40,701 nucleotides of DNA from an uncultured Eubacteriales bacterium (GTDB lineage Bacteria; Bacillota; Clostridia; Oscillospirales; Oscillospiraceae), in contig URWG01000001.1 of NCBI GenBank assembly GCA_900551495.1, positions 1-40,701 of the forward strand, in the 5' to 3' direction. The position numbers and the translations under genes were made by a program. This document shows positions 1-9,118 of the stretch, piece by piece. Each line of letters starts with the position of its first letter. Position 1 is the stretch's first letter. Below the pieces are notes generated by a model. The model searched no databases, had not been told where the DNA came from, and was given only the letters and a program-made list of their open reading frames with translations.

Positions 1-116
1 TTCCTGCGTTTTTCAAACCTTGACTTGACAAAAAATCTCTCGATCTCCATCCTTGCTGATTTAATCAGAGCTTCCCTAGTATAAAATGCTGCAAAAAAAT
101 CGGAACTTCTCCGAAA

Positions 117-145
117 TTGACATCAATTCCGCAGTGTGGTATGAT
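117..145 (+). promoter_or_regulatory. sigma-A-type promoter for the GH25 gene
   Basis: TTGACA (117-122), 17-nt spacer, extended -10 TGgTATGAT (137-145), 35 nt upstream of ATG 181. Confidence 0.8.
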
Positions 146-180
146 ACAGAAAAGGAAAAAAGAAAGAGAACGGTGAAAAC

Positions 181-3084
181 ATGAGAAAACAACTACAACG
201 TATCATGCTTTGGTTGCTCTTGACCTTGCTGCTTTTGACGCCGATCCCGACTGCTGCCGCGAAGGGGAGCTATCACGGATCTATGGCGGGTGACGGCATG
301 GGAATCTTGGCTTACGGTGTTGATCTTTCCAGCTGGCAGGGGGATTCCGTGGACTTTCGGCGTATTCGGGAGCAGGGCATTGATTTTGTAATCCTCCGCG
401 CGGGCTTTTCCCAAACGCAGGATGCCGTTTTTGAGCGGAATTATGCCGAAGCAAAGGCTGCGGGGCTGGACGTCGGTGCTTATTTGTACTCCTACGCGGC
501 AACGACGGAGGAGGTGCTGTCGGAGGCGGAGAGCTGCAAGTCGTGGCTTGCGGGGAAGCGGTTTGAATATCCGATCTATTTTGACCTTGAGGACCCCGAG
601 GTCCACGGCGCGATGTCATCGGACAGCCTGACGGAGCTTGCACTGACGTTTTTGGATTCTCTGTCTGCGGACGGCTGGCTGGTCGGACTTTATTCCTGCC
701 GCTCGTGGCTTGAGGGAAAGATGGACACCCCTCGAATCGGACAAACCTATGAGTGCTGGATGGCGCAGTATCTTTCCGACGGTGATTGCAGCGCCTATGA
801 GCGCTACCACGATACATACGGCATTTGGCAGTATTCCGCTTCGGGGACCGTGGACGGCGTTCCGGGGAAAACGGACATGGATGTTGCATTTAAGGATTAT
901 CCGTCGATTTGCAGAGAGTACGGCTTGAACGGCTATTCCGCTGAGGGCGAGACGCTGACGCTTTCCGATGCGTCGGTGCCCGCAGTGCAGCTTCTGGGTG
1001 AGCCGTTCGAGGTCAGCGGCAGCGTTCGTTCGCGGGAAGGGGCGCTTCTTAGTGTTTCACTCGGCGTTTACGATGCGGAGGGAAATCTTGTTGCCGGCGC
1101 GACAGCGGAGCCGAATTCTGACAGCTTTGACCTCTCGCTGATTCGGAGAAGCGTTGATATGACGAAGCTGACGGAGGGGGAGTACACCTACCGTATTACG
1201 GCGGCAACGGAGCAGACCGAGCGCTCGCTGCAAAACAGCAGATTTGTCATCAGTCGAAGCGGACTTTGGCTCCGCGATCTGTCACTGCCCGCCGATCTGA
1301 AGGAGGGCGAGACGTTTGAAATCGGCGGAACGGTCCTCTGTGCGGAGAATATGGCGCGGCTGCGGCTGGAGATCACGGATGAAAACGGCAAAGTAAAATT
1401 CAGCAAGGAGTCCGAGCCGAAGCGGACGGAGGCGGACCTTTCCGCGTTTTCCTTAGAGCTTTCGACGCTGAAAAAGGGCGAATACCGCCTGCAAGCAGTC
1501 GCGGAAACAGCGCTCGGCGAACGGACGGTCACATCTGAGCCGTTTAATGTGTGGGTCCGCGACGACCCGATCACGCTTTCGGGCTTCCGACTGAACAAGA
1601 CCTACGCGCCCGCAGCGCTGACCGGATTGAGCGGAACGGCGGAGTCGGCGCAGTCGGAAATGCGGCTCGAGGTGAGCCTGCTCGATTCCGACGGCACACT
1701 ATTATACAGTGCGCAAGCCAATCGCACGGCAAAAACGGTCAGCCTTGCACAGTTTGACGACGTGCTGCACCTTGCCGACCTGCCGCTCGGCTCTTATGTT
1801 CTCCAAATCATCGCGACGAACGACGGCGGTCCGTCAATTCTGTATCGTGACAGCTTCTCCGTGGTGCGGGATGAGATCAGTCTCTGCGGCGCGGTGCTGC
1901 CGACGTCGATCTGCGCGGGTGACTGCTTCCTGCTCGGCGGTGCGATCACCTCCGACCGCTCGCCGCTGTGCTTTGTAGGCGCGGTTTTGTTTGACGATCG
2001 CGGCGTACCTGTTCGGAATTACGCGGCACAGCCGAATCGGACCGTTTTTGACATGGACGGCTTCAATGCGGCGCTTCGATTTTCCGATCTGAGCGCAGGG
2101 GACTACCGACTGCGGATCACGGCGGAGAATTCCGAGGGGCGCAAAACGCTCTTTGACGAGACAATAGCCGTCACGGACGACGCTATGCCGATCCGCTGGG
2201 ACGGCGCACATACCGAGCTGCAAGGCTTGTGCTTCTCTGAGGGAGAAGCGCCGATGTGCTTCGGGACGCTGGTCGCAGATACGCCGATCACTTCGCTGCG
2301 GGCAAGCGTGCTTGATGAGGAGGGGATCGTGCGCTCGGAGGCGATCGCCGAGACAGATGCGGAGGTCCTTTCCGTCGCGCAGCTGAACGAGCAGCTCCGT
2401 CTCTCGGCGCTTCCGGCGGGGGAGTACCGCTTGGAGCTGTATGCCGCCTGCGGAACAACGGAGCAGCTTGTCCTGCGTGACAGCTTTTCGGTGGCGGACT
2501 GTTCACATGACACACTGCGCAGCGGAACGGACTATCCCGCAAGCTGCCGAACCGTCGGTGCGACCTGTCCGACCCGCTGCCTGCGCTGCGGCGGAACAGT
2601 GACGCTCGGCAGCGTTTGCCCGAAATCGGAACACACCGTCTCGGACGGCATCTGTACGGTGTGCGGCACGGCGAAGCCTCGCTCCTATCCCGTTGAACCG
2701 CTCTCTGCGGCGCTTGATTCGGACGGACGCTATGCACCGGCGCTCCAAACGGAGACAGGCTGGTACGTTCTTAACGCGTCGGGCGAAGCGCTGCGTTTTG
2801 ACGAACGACCGACAGAGCTTCCTTCCGATTGCCTATGGTCCGCAGAGCTGTATGAGGACGGTACGATCGCACTTTGCAGTTATCGCGGCGAGCGCCTACA
2901 CCTTGACAGCGGCGGGCTGTGCGTTGCTGCCGGGTGCGGTCATGTGAGACTTCAGATTGCCGCTTACCGAGACGGAGTAACGTTCGTCTGCGGCGGACGG
3001 GCATTGTGCTTCTCGGACGGGGCATTTACCGTCGGCGACGAGGCAACGCGGTTAATTATCCTGTCACTTTGCCGAATGACATGA
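181..3084 (+). CDS. Secreted GH25 muramidase-domain protein with five ~100-aa Ig-like repeats, a Cys/His-rich segment and a C-terminal beta-rich domain
   Basis: Signal peptide (MRKQLQRIMLWLLLTLLLL..TAAA); GH25 motifs YGVDLSSWQG, FVILRAG, GAYLYSYA, YPIYFDLED, IWQYSASGTVDGV; repeats end in L..GxYxL/YxxxA..FxV. Confidence 0.85.
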   Translation: MRKQLQRIMLWLLLTLLLLTPIPTAAAKGSYHGSMAGDGMGILAYGVDLSSWQGDSVDFRRIREQGIDFVILRAGFSQTQDAVFERNYAEAKAAGLDVGAYLYSYAATTEEVLSEAESCKSWLAGKRFEYPIYFDLEDPEVHGAMSSDSLTELALTFLDSLSADGWLVGLYSCRSWLEGKMDTPRIGQTYECWMAQYLSDGDCSAYERYHDTYGIWQYSASGTVDGVPGKTDMDVAFKDYPSICREYGLNGYSAEGETLTLSDASVPAVQLLGEPFEVSGSVRSREGALLSVSLGVYDAEGNLVAGATAEPNSDSFDLSLIRRSVDMTKLTEGEYTYRITAATEQTERSLQNSRFVISRSGLWLRDLSLPADLKEGETFEIGGTVLCAENMARLRLEITDENGKVKFSKESEPKRTEADLSAFSLELSTLKKGEYRLQAVAETALGERTVTSEPFNVWVRDDPITLSGFRLNKTYAPAALTGLSGTAESAQSEMRLEVSLLDSDGTLLYSAQANRTAKTVSLAQFDDVLHLADLPLGSYVLQIIATNDGGPSILYRDSFSVVRDEISLCGAVLPTSICAGDCFLLGGAITSDRSPLCFVGAVLFDDRGVPVRNYAAQPNRTVFDMDGFNAALRFSDLSAGDYRLRITAENSEGRKTLFDETIAVTDDAMPIRWDGAHTELQGLCFSEGEAPMCFGTLVADTPITSLRASVLDEEGIVRSEAIAETDAEVLSVAQLNEQLRLSALPAGEYRLELYAACGTTEQLVLRDSFSVADCSHDTLRSGTDYPASCRTVGATCPTRCLRCGGTVTLGSVCPKSEHTVSDGICTVCGTAKPRSYPVEPLSAALDSDGRYAPALQTETGWYVLNASGEALRFDERPTELPSDCLWSAELYEDGTIALCSYRGERLHLDSGGLCVAAGCGHVRLQIAAYRDGVTFVCGGRALCFSDGAFTVGDEATRLIILSLCRMT
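949..2499 (+). repeat. Five degenerate protein-level repeats (~100 aa each) in the GH25 protein
   Basis: Recurring D.xG (YDAEG, TDENG, LDSDG, FDDRG, LDEEG) and LxxGxY (LTEGEY, LKKGEY, LPLGSY, LSAGDY, LPAGEY) at ~100-aa spacing. Confidence 0.75.
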
Positions 3085-3095
3085 TGAATTAAGGG

Positions 3096-3124
3096 TTGTA
3101 TTTGAAGTAGAATTGTGATAAAAT
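3096..3124 (+). promoter_or_regulatory. sigma-A-type promoter for the PqqD-peptidase-NTase-polysaccharide operon
   Basis: TTGTAT (3096-3101), 17-nt spacer, extended -10 TGaTAAAAT (3116-3124) in AT-rich intergenic DNA. Confidence 0.65.
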
Positions 3125-3257
3125 AAATATATTCAATCTTTTTGGCGGGCGGACTTGTACGATTCGACAAAATGCCGCATTTTTTCTCTGATACTGCGCG
3201 AGTTCCCGAACACAGGCACGGTTTTTAACCGAACATCAATGAAAAGAGGACGGATTT

Positions 3258-3521
3258 ATGAAAATCAAAGAGGGGTTTCTCCTTCGCAACATTGCCGGCT
3301 CGAATATCGTCGTTCCCGTCGGCGCGGCAAGCGTGGACTTTAACGGGATGATTACACTGAACGATTCCGGCGCGTTCCTTTGGAAGGAGCTGGAAAAGGG
3401 CGGCGACGAGGAGACTTTGACGGCTGCATTGCTCCGCGAATATGACGTTGACGAAGCAACGGCGCGCTCCAGCGCGATCGATTACATCCGAAAGTTAGAC
3501 GAGGCAGGCGTCCTTGAGTAA
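3258..3521 (+). CDS. Stand-alone PqqD family protein (RiPP recognition element fold)
   Basis: 87 aa; FLLRNIAGSNIVVP, ITLNDSGAFLWKEL, LLREYDVDEATA..L..GVLE match the PqqD pattern; RBS AGAGGA. Confidence 0.9.
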   Translation: MKIKEGFLLRNIAGSNIVVPVGAASVDFNGMITLNDSGAFLWKELEKGGDEETLTAALLREYDVDEATARSSAIDYIRKLDEAGVLE

Positions 3522-4053
3522 GCTGCCGCTGCCCGCGCCCGACGTTTCCCACTCGGTACAGGACGTGGCACTGGCAGAGCTTTACCCGCTGATGCGGGAG
3601 ATTCTTGACGGCGGCGGCAGCTTTACCCTTACCGTCACCGGCACAAGCATGTATCCCTTTATCCTCGGCGGACGGGATCGCGTTACGCTGTCCCCCTTAC
3701 CGAAAAAGCTGCGGAAAAATGATCTTCCGCTGTATCGGAGGGGTGACGGCGCGTTTGTGCTGCATCGCATCGTACGTATGGAAAATGACGGAACATTTTC
3801 AATGTGCGGCGACCATCAGAGTATGCTTGAAAAGGGGATTCGTCACGAGCAACTGATTGCGATCGCCACGGCATACGAGCGCAAGGGACGGAAGCTGACG
3901 AACCGCAACCTGCTCTACCGTATTTATCGCGTGCTTTGGACGTGGGTGCTGCCATATCGCTATATTCTCTTCCGATGGAACAGCCGCCTTCGCGCCGCCG
4001 CTGCGCGACTCCTGAAGAAGGACACACATCAAAGGGGATCTGTACAAAAATGA
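3514..4053 (+). CDS. S24/S26 family peptidase (signal-peptidase-like, Ser/His type)
   Basis: VTGTSMYPFI catalytic Ser box, FVLHRIV His box, MCGD; overlaps the PqqD stop; TTG start uncertain. Confidence 0.8.
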   Translation: MSKLPLPAPDVSHSVQDVALAELYPLMREILDGGGSFTLTVTGTSMYPFILGGRDRVTLSPLPKKLRKNDLPLYRRGDGAFVLHRIVRMENDGTFSMCGDHQSMLEKGIRHEQLIAIATAYERKGRKLTNRNLLYRIYRVLWTWVLPYRYILFRWNSRLRAAAARLLKKDTHQRGSVQK

Positions 4054-5213
4054 CAAGCAATTTTCGTTACCTGCTGGAGCTGCTTCGCTGCGCGGTCAGC
4101 GGATCGACCCCGCCGCCGATTCCCGAGGGGGTCACTCCGGAGGCGGTCTTTTCTCTTGCAAAACGACACAGCGTTTTCCTGCTTGCCTTTGACTGCGCGA
4201 TGCAGCTGAGCTCTGTTCGGGAAAATCCGCATTTTCCCGCTTGGATGCAGCAATATCACCTCTATCTGACGAAGACGCTCAACCAAACTTATGAAATTGA
4301 GCATCTTGATGCGCTTTATAATACCGAGGGGATCGCGCATGTGTTTTTGAAGGGCGCTTCTCTGCGTAAGCTGTATCCCACCCCTGAGCTGCGTGAGATG
4401 AGCGACATCGATCTCCTGGTTCCCGTCGAGCAGGCGGAGGAAGCGTATGCCGCTGCGCAGCGCGACGGGTACGTGTCGAACGGCTCGGCATCGCATAACG
4501 AAGCTTTTTTTAAGCCGCCGTTCATTGAGCTTGAGCTGCATACCTATATGGTACCGACGGAAAATAAATATTTTGATTATTACCGCTCGGTTTGGTCCCG
4601 CGCGAAGCGTGAGGGTACTTCCGATACATATACCTTCGGCGCAGAGGATGCGTATATTTTTGCGCTGCTGCATACATGGAAGCACTATGTCGGCTACGGT
4701 ACGGGGATTCGCCCGATCATCGACGTTGCCGTACTGGAGAGAACATACGGCGACCGTTTGGACCGCGCCTACCTCAAGGCTGAGCTGGAAAAGCTTTCGC
4801 TCACCGACTTCGGCGAGAATGTTATGCAGCTTGCGGCGTGCTGGTTCGGCACGGAACGGACCGAACTGACCGCACAACAGCAGCGGCTGGAGCACCGCCT
4901 CCTTGCCGGCGCAACCTATGGGACAAAGGAGCAGAGCGAGAGCAATCTCCTGATGAAGAAAATGCAGCAGGGAAAGAGCGAACGCCGCGCAAAGACAGAG
5001 ATATTTTTTCGACAAGTTTTCCCTCCGTACAGTACCATGGCATCGAGATTCCGCTGGGTCGGTCGCGTACCGGTGCTGCTGCCGGCGGCATGGGTCGCCC
5101 GCTGGGGACAGCTCCTTGTGACAAAGCCTGTTGCCCTGAAGCGGTACTACCGCTGGGTGCGCGGTCTGCAGCTGCTGCAGGATGATTGTGACGAGTTAAA
5201 AGGAAAGAAGTGA
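4050..5213 (+). CDS. Nucleotidyltransferase family protein (NTP_transf_5-like)
   Basis: FLKGASLRKLYPTPELREMSDIDLLV and IELELH motifs; ATG 4050 overlaps the upstream TGA (ATGA), so 4050 is preferred over 3936. Confidence 0.85.
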   Translation: MTSNFRYLLELLRCAVSGSTPPPIPEGVTPEAVFSLAKRHSVFLLAFDCAMQLSSVRENPHFPAWMQQYHLYLTKTLNQTYEIEHLDALYNTEGIAHVFLKGASLRKLYPTPELREMSDIDLLVPVEQAEEAYAAAQRDGYVSNGSASHNEAFFKPPFIELELHTYMVPTENKYFDYYRSVWSRAKREGTSDTYTFGAEDAYIFALLHTWKHYVGYGTGIRPIIDVAVLERTYGDRLDRAYLKAELEKLSLTDFGENVMQLAACWFGTERTELTAQQQRLEHRLLAGATYGTKEQSESNLLMKKMQQGKSERRAKTEIFFRQVFPPYSTMASRFRWVGRVPVLLPAAWVARWGQLLVTKPVALKRYYRWVRGLQLLQDDCDELKGKK

Positions 5214-5220
5214 GCACGGA

Positions 5221-7081
5221 TTGAAAAATCATTCAGAACGATTCCAGTGGCTCTGCCGTGCGGCGCTGCTGCTGCTTGTGGACATTGTGTTTATCAACTT
5301 GTCTGCGTTCCTTTCTCTTGTTGCGCGGTATGATTTCAGCATAGAGCAGTGGCGGCTCAGCTCGTTTTTTCCGAACCACGCCTATATTTTCTCCGCCTTT
5401 ACACTGCTGACGATCCTGATTTTCATCCCCATGAAGCTGTATAACAGCCTGTGGGAGTTTGCGAGCGTGGACGAGCTGCTGCATATTATCCTTGCCGTTA
5501 CCCTCGTTGCGCTGATACAGCTTGCGGCGATTCTGTACGGCTTTGTCAAGCTGCCGCTCAGCTTCCCGCTGCTCAACGCGATGTTCCTGACCGCGCTGAC
5601 GACCTTCTCCCGCTTTTTCTACCGCTTTGCGCGCAGCCTCTCCCACCGCTATCGAAGGAAAAGCACGCGCAAGCGCACCATGCTTATCGGCGCGGGTAGT
5701 GCGGGAATGTTGGTGCTGCGGGAGTTTCAGGCAAGTGAGAATTCGCAGAACCATGTCGTCTGCATTATCGACGACGACCCGCAGAAGCAGGGAAAATACC
5801 TGCATAACGTAAAGATTGTCGGCACCCGTAAGGATATTCTCCGAGCGGCGGAGGTCTACTGCGTTGAGGAGATTGTTTTTGCGATTCCCGTCGCCGCGAC
5901 AGGAGCGTCGTGCGATTTTGAAACTCTGCCAGCAGACGAATTGCCGCCTGAAAATTCTGCCCGGCATCTATCAGCTCGCAAACGGCGAGGTCAAGGTGCA
6001 GAAGATTCGCGATGTCGACGTGCTGGACCTGCTCGGGCGGGACAGCGTATCGGTCGATTTGACACAGATCGCCGCCTATCTCCACGAAAAAACCGTTATG
6101 GTGACCGGAGGCGGCGGTTCGATCGGCAGCGAGCTTTGCCGCCAGATTGCGCAGCATGAACCGAAGCATCTCATTATTTTTGACATCTATGAGAACAATG
6201 CCTACGAAATTCAGCAGGAGCTTCGCCGCACGTATCCGCAGCTTCGATTGACGACGCTGATCGGCTCCGTTCGGGATACCGAGCGTGTGCGGGCGCTGTT
6301 TTCCGAGTACCGCCCGGAGATTGTGTTCCACGCTGCGGCGCATAAGCACGTCCCGCTGATGGAGGACAGCCCGAACGAGGCAATTAAGAACAATGTATTC
6401 GGCACCTATCACGTCGCGCGGGCGGCGGACGAATTCGGCGTGAGCACCTTCGTCCTGATCTCTACGGACAAGGCGGTCAACCCGACCAATATCATGGGCG
6501 CGTCTAAGCGCATCTGCGAGATGATTGTCCAAATGATGGCAAACCGCTCCGAAACCAAGTTCGTTGCCGTCCGCTTCGGCAATGTGCTCGGCAGCAACGG
6601 CAGCGTTATCCCGCTGTTCAAGAAGCAGATCGCCGAGGGCGGACCCGTCACCGTAACGCACCGCGACATTATCCGCTATTTTATGACCATTCCCGAGGCG
6701 GTATCGTTGGTGCTGCAAGCCGGCGCGTATGCCGATCGCGGTGAGATTTTCGTCCTTGACATGGGCGATCCGGTGCGTATCGACGATTTAGCGCGCAATC
6801 TGATTCGTCTTTCGGGCTTTACGCCGGATGAGGATATTGAAATCCGCTATACCGGACTTCGCCCCGGCGAAAAGCTCTATGAGGAGATTTTGATGGACGA
6901 GGAGGGGCTGCGCTCCACGGATAACCACCTTATCCATATCGGGAAGCCGCTTGAGATCGACGAAGAGCAGCTTTTGCAGCAGCTAAAGACGCTCCATACC
7001 GCCTGCGAGGAGAATTCGCCGCAGATCCGAGAGCTTGTCGCGTCCATCGTAAAAACCTATCTGCTTCCCGCAGCACGGTAA
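5221..7081 (+). pseudogene. CapD/PglF-type membrane-bound UDP-GlcNAc 4,6-dehydratase, frameshifted near 5887-5890 (real lesion or assembly error)
   Basis: N-terminal TM helices and LIGAGSAG/IDDD in the frame of 5221 up to IVFAIP; continuation SPRQERRAILKLC..VTGGGGSIGSELCRQ..HAAAHKHVPLME..STDKAVNPTNIMGASKR..RFGNVLGS in the +1 frame to stop 7081. Confidence 0.85.
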
Positions 7082-7121
7082 TTGATCCATATGCTTCCGG
7101 TAAACCGAAGGTGAGAATACT

Positions 7122-8342
7122 ATGTCAAATGTAATAATCAAAGAAATACCCTTTAGCCCTCCCGATATATCGGAGCGGGAAATTGACGAGGTTTCCGCAG
7201 CACTGCGCTCCGGCTGGATAACTACGGGTCCCAGGACAAAGCAGCTTGAGCGCTTGATCGCAAATTGGATCGGGACAGAGAACTGTGTTTGCCTCAATTC
7301 ACAAACCGCCTGCGCGGAAATGGCTTTGCGAATTCTCGGCATTGGTGAAGACGACGAGGTGCTTGTTCCTGCATATACTTACACAGCCACAGCCTCGGTT
7401 GTTGCTCATGTCGGCGCAAAAATCGTTATGATTGACTCACAGCCGAACTGCTTTGAAATGGACTACAATGCGCTTGAGGCGGCAATCAGCGAACGCACAA
7501 AGGCTGTGATACCGGTCGATCTCGGCGGCGTGCCGTGTAACTATGACCGTATTTTTGAAATTGTTTCCCGGAAGAAATCACTTTTTCGCCCTGCGAATAC
7601 GATTCAGCGTGCAATCGGGCGGATTGCGGTCTGCGCCGATGCCGCGCATGCCTTCGGAGCAAGGCGCGGTGAAAAGCGGGTTGGAAATATCGCTGATTTC
7701 TCAAGCTTCAGCTTTCATGCCGTCAAAAATTTTACAACAGCGGAAGGCGGTGCTTTGACATGGCGCTCCATCCGCGGAATTGACAATGACGAAATCTATC
7801 ATCGGCTCCAGCTCCTTAGCCTGCACGGTCAGTCAAAAAGTGCGCTGGAAAAGACGAAGCTCGGAGCATGGGAGTACGATGTTGTCGGGACATGGTATAA
7901 GTGCAATATGACAGATATTGCCGCCGCGATCGGCTTAGCACAATTTGAACGCTATCCCGCAATGCTGCAACGGAGAAAGCAACTGATTGCGAAGTATGAC
8001 GCGGCACTTCGACCGCAGGGAATCCAGACCCTGAACCATTACGGTAAGGAACGCGAATCATCCGGTCATTTATACATGACACGTGTTCCGACAATTACGT
8101 CGGAGCAGCGCAATGAGATTATCTTAAAAATGTCGGAACAGGGCGTTGCCTGCAATGTCCATTATAAGCCGCTTCCGATGCACACGGCATATAAAAAACT
8201 CGGTTTCGATATAGCAAACTATCCGAATGCCTATGCGCTTTTTGAAAATGAAATTACCCTGCCGCTTTATTCGATACTGAGCGATGAGAATGCAGAGTAT
8301 GTAATTGAAAAATATACCGCAATACTGAAAGAGTACATATAG
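7122..8342 (+). CDS. DegT/DnrJ/EryC1/StrS PLP-dependent sugar aminotransferase (WcfR/AatB-like)
   Basis: IPFSPPDI..LRSGWITTGP, DAAHAFG, SFSFHAVKNFTTAEGG (PLP Lys), YKCNMTDIAAAIG. Confidence 0.92.
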   Translation: MSNVIIKEIPFSPPDISEREIDEVSAALRSGWITTGPRTKQLERLIANWIGTENCVCLNSQTACAEMALRILGIGEDDEVLVPAYTYTATASVVAHVGAKIVMIDSQPNCFEMDYNALEAAISERTKAVIPVDLGGVPCNYDRIFEIVSRKKSLFRPANTIQRAIGRIAVCADAAHAFGARRGEKRVGNIADFSSFSFHAVKNFTTAEGGALTWRSIRGIDNDEIYHRLQLLSLHGQSKSALEKTKLGAWEYDVVGTWYKCNMTDIAAAIGLAQFERYPAMLQRRKQLIAKYDAALRPQGIQTLNHYGKERESSGHLYMTRVPTITSEQRNEIILKMSEQGVACNVHYKPLPMHTAYKKLGFDIANYPNAYALFENEITLPLYSILSDENAEYVIEKYTAILKEYI

Positions 8343-8346
8343 AGCC

Positions 8347-9102
8347 ATGCTTTTAAGAAAATGGGAACAGCTCCCCCCCGAAATGCAAAACGACGCGGTG
8401 CGGAAATACTACGATATTCTCAAAAACAAGCGAGTATCGCTGATTTTCAAGAGGATATTTGATGCTGTCGCCGCGTCGGTCCTGTTGATCCTTCTTTCGC
8501 CGCTGTTTGTGCTTCTTGCCGTTGCAATCAAGCTTGACAGCGATGGCCCGGTTTTTTACCGACAGGAGCGAGTAACACAGTACGGTCGCAGATTTCGCAT
8601 CTTCAAATTCCGTTCTATGGTACAGGATGCCGACAAGGGTCTGCTTGTAACGGTACGCGGAGATTCACGTGTGACACGGGTCGGCGGTTTTATACGGAAA
8701 TATCGGCTTGATGAAATAAGCCAACTACTGAATGTATTGACAGGGGATATGTCCTTTGTCGGAGCCCGACCGGAGGTGCCGAAATATGTTGCGCGCTATA
8801 CGCCCGAAATGATGGCTACACTGCTTTTGCCTTCCGGCATAACGGGAATGGCAAGTATTCTGTATAGGGACGAAGCCGAACTGCTGGATGCGGCGGAGGA
8901 TACGGATGAGTTTTATGTTGAGAAGGTTCTGCCTGAAAAAATGCTTCTTAACCTTCATGAGATAGAGCAATTCGGCTTTTGGCGGGAAATTCGCGTGATG
9001 CTCTTAACCTTATGTGCAGTATGCGGCATGAAATACAAAGGTAAAGATACCGTGAAGATTAAAAAAGAGCAAGAATCTGAGAGCTTTGAAATTGTTGGTT
9101 GA
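8347..9102 (+). CDS. Initiating phosphoglycosyl (bacterial sugar) transferase
   Basis: KRIFD + TM helix, DSDGPVFYRQERV, FKFRSM, RLDEISQLLNVLTGDMSFVGARPE. Confidence 0.92.
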   Translation: MLLRKWEQLPPEMQNDAVRKYYDILKNKRVSLIFKRIFDAVAASVLLILLSPLFVLLAVAIKLDSDGPVFYRQERVTQYGRRFRIFKFRSMVQDADKGLLVTVRGDSRVTRVGGFIRKYRLDEISQLLNVLTGDMSFVGARPEVPKYVARYTPEMMATLLLPSGITGMASILYRDEAELLDAAEDTDEFYVEKVLPEKMLLNLHEIEQFGFWREIRVMLLTLCAVCGMKYKGKDTVKIKKEQESESFEIVG

Positions 9103-9118
9103 TATGAAGGGGATTTAT

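Noticed and set aside
1..50. Possible minus-strand gene start (ATG at 48-50) running off the window edge
   Set aside because: Only 16 codons visible, no recognisable motif; cannot be supported
181..900. Prophage endolysin
   Set aside because: Has a Sec signal peptide and its own sigma-A promoter; no holin or other phage genes nearby
3172..3228. 18-aa ORF MPHFFSDTARVPEHRHGF in the PqqD leader as a RiPP precursor
   Set aside because: No RBS, too short for leader plus core, no lasso-type YxxP/Thr(-2) pattern
3155..3343. 62-aa ORF overlapping pqqD as a precursor
   Set aside because: TTG start without a good RBS, overlaps the real gene out of frame, no precursor features
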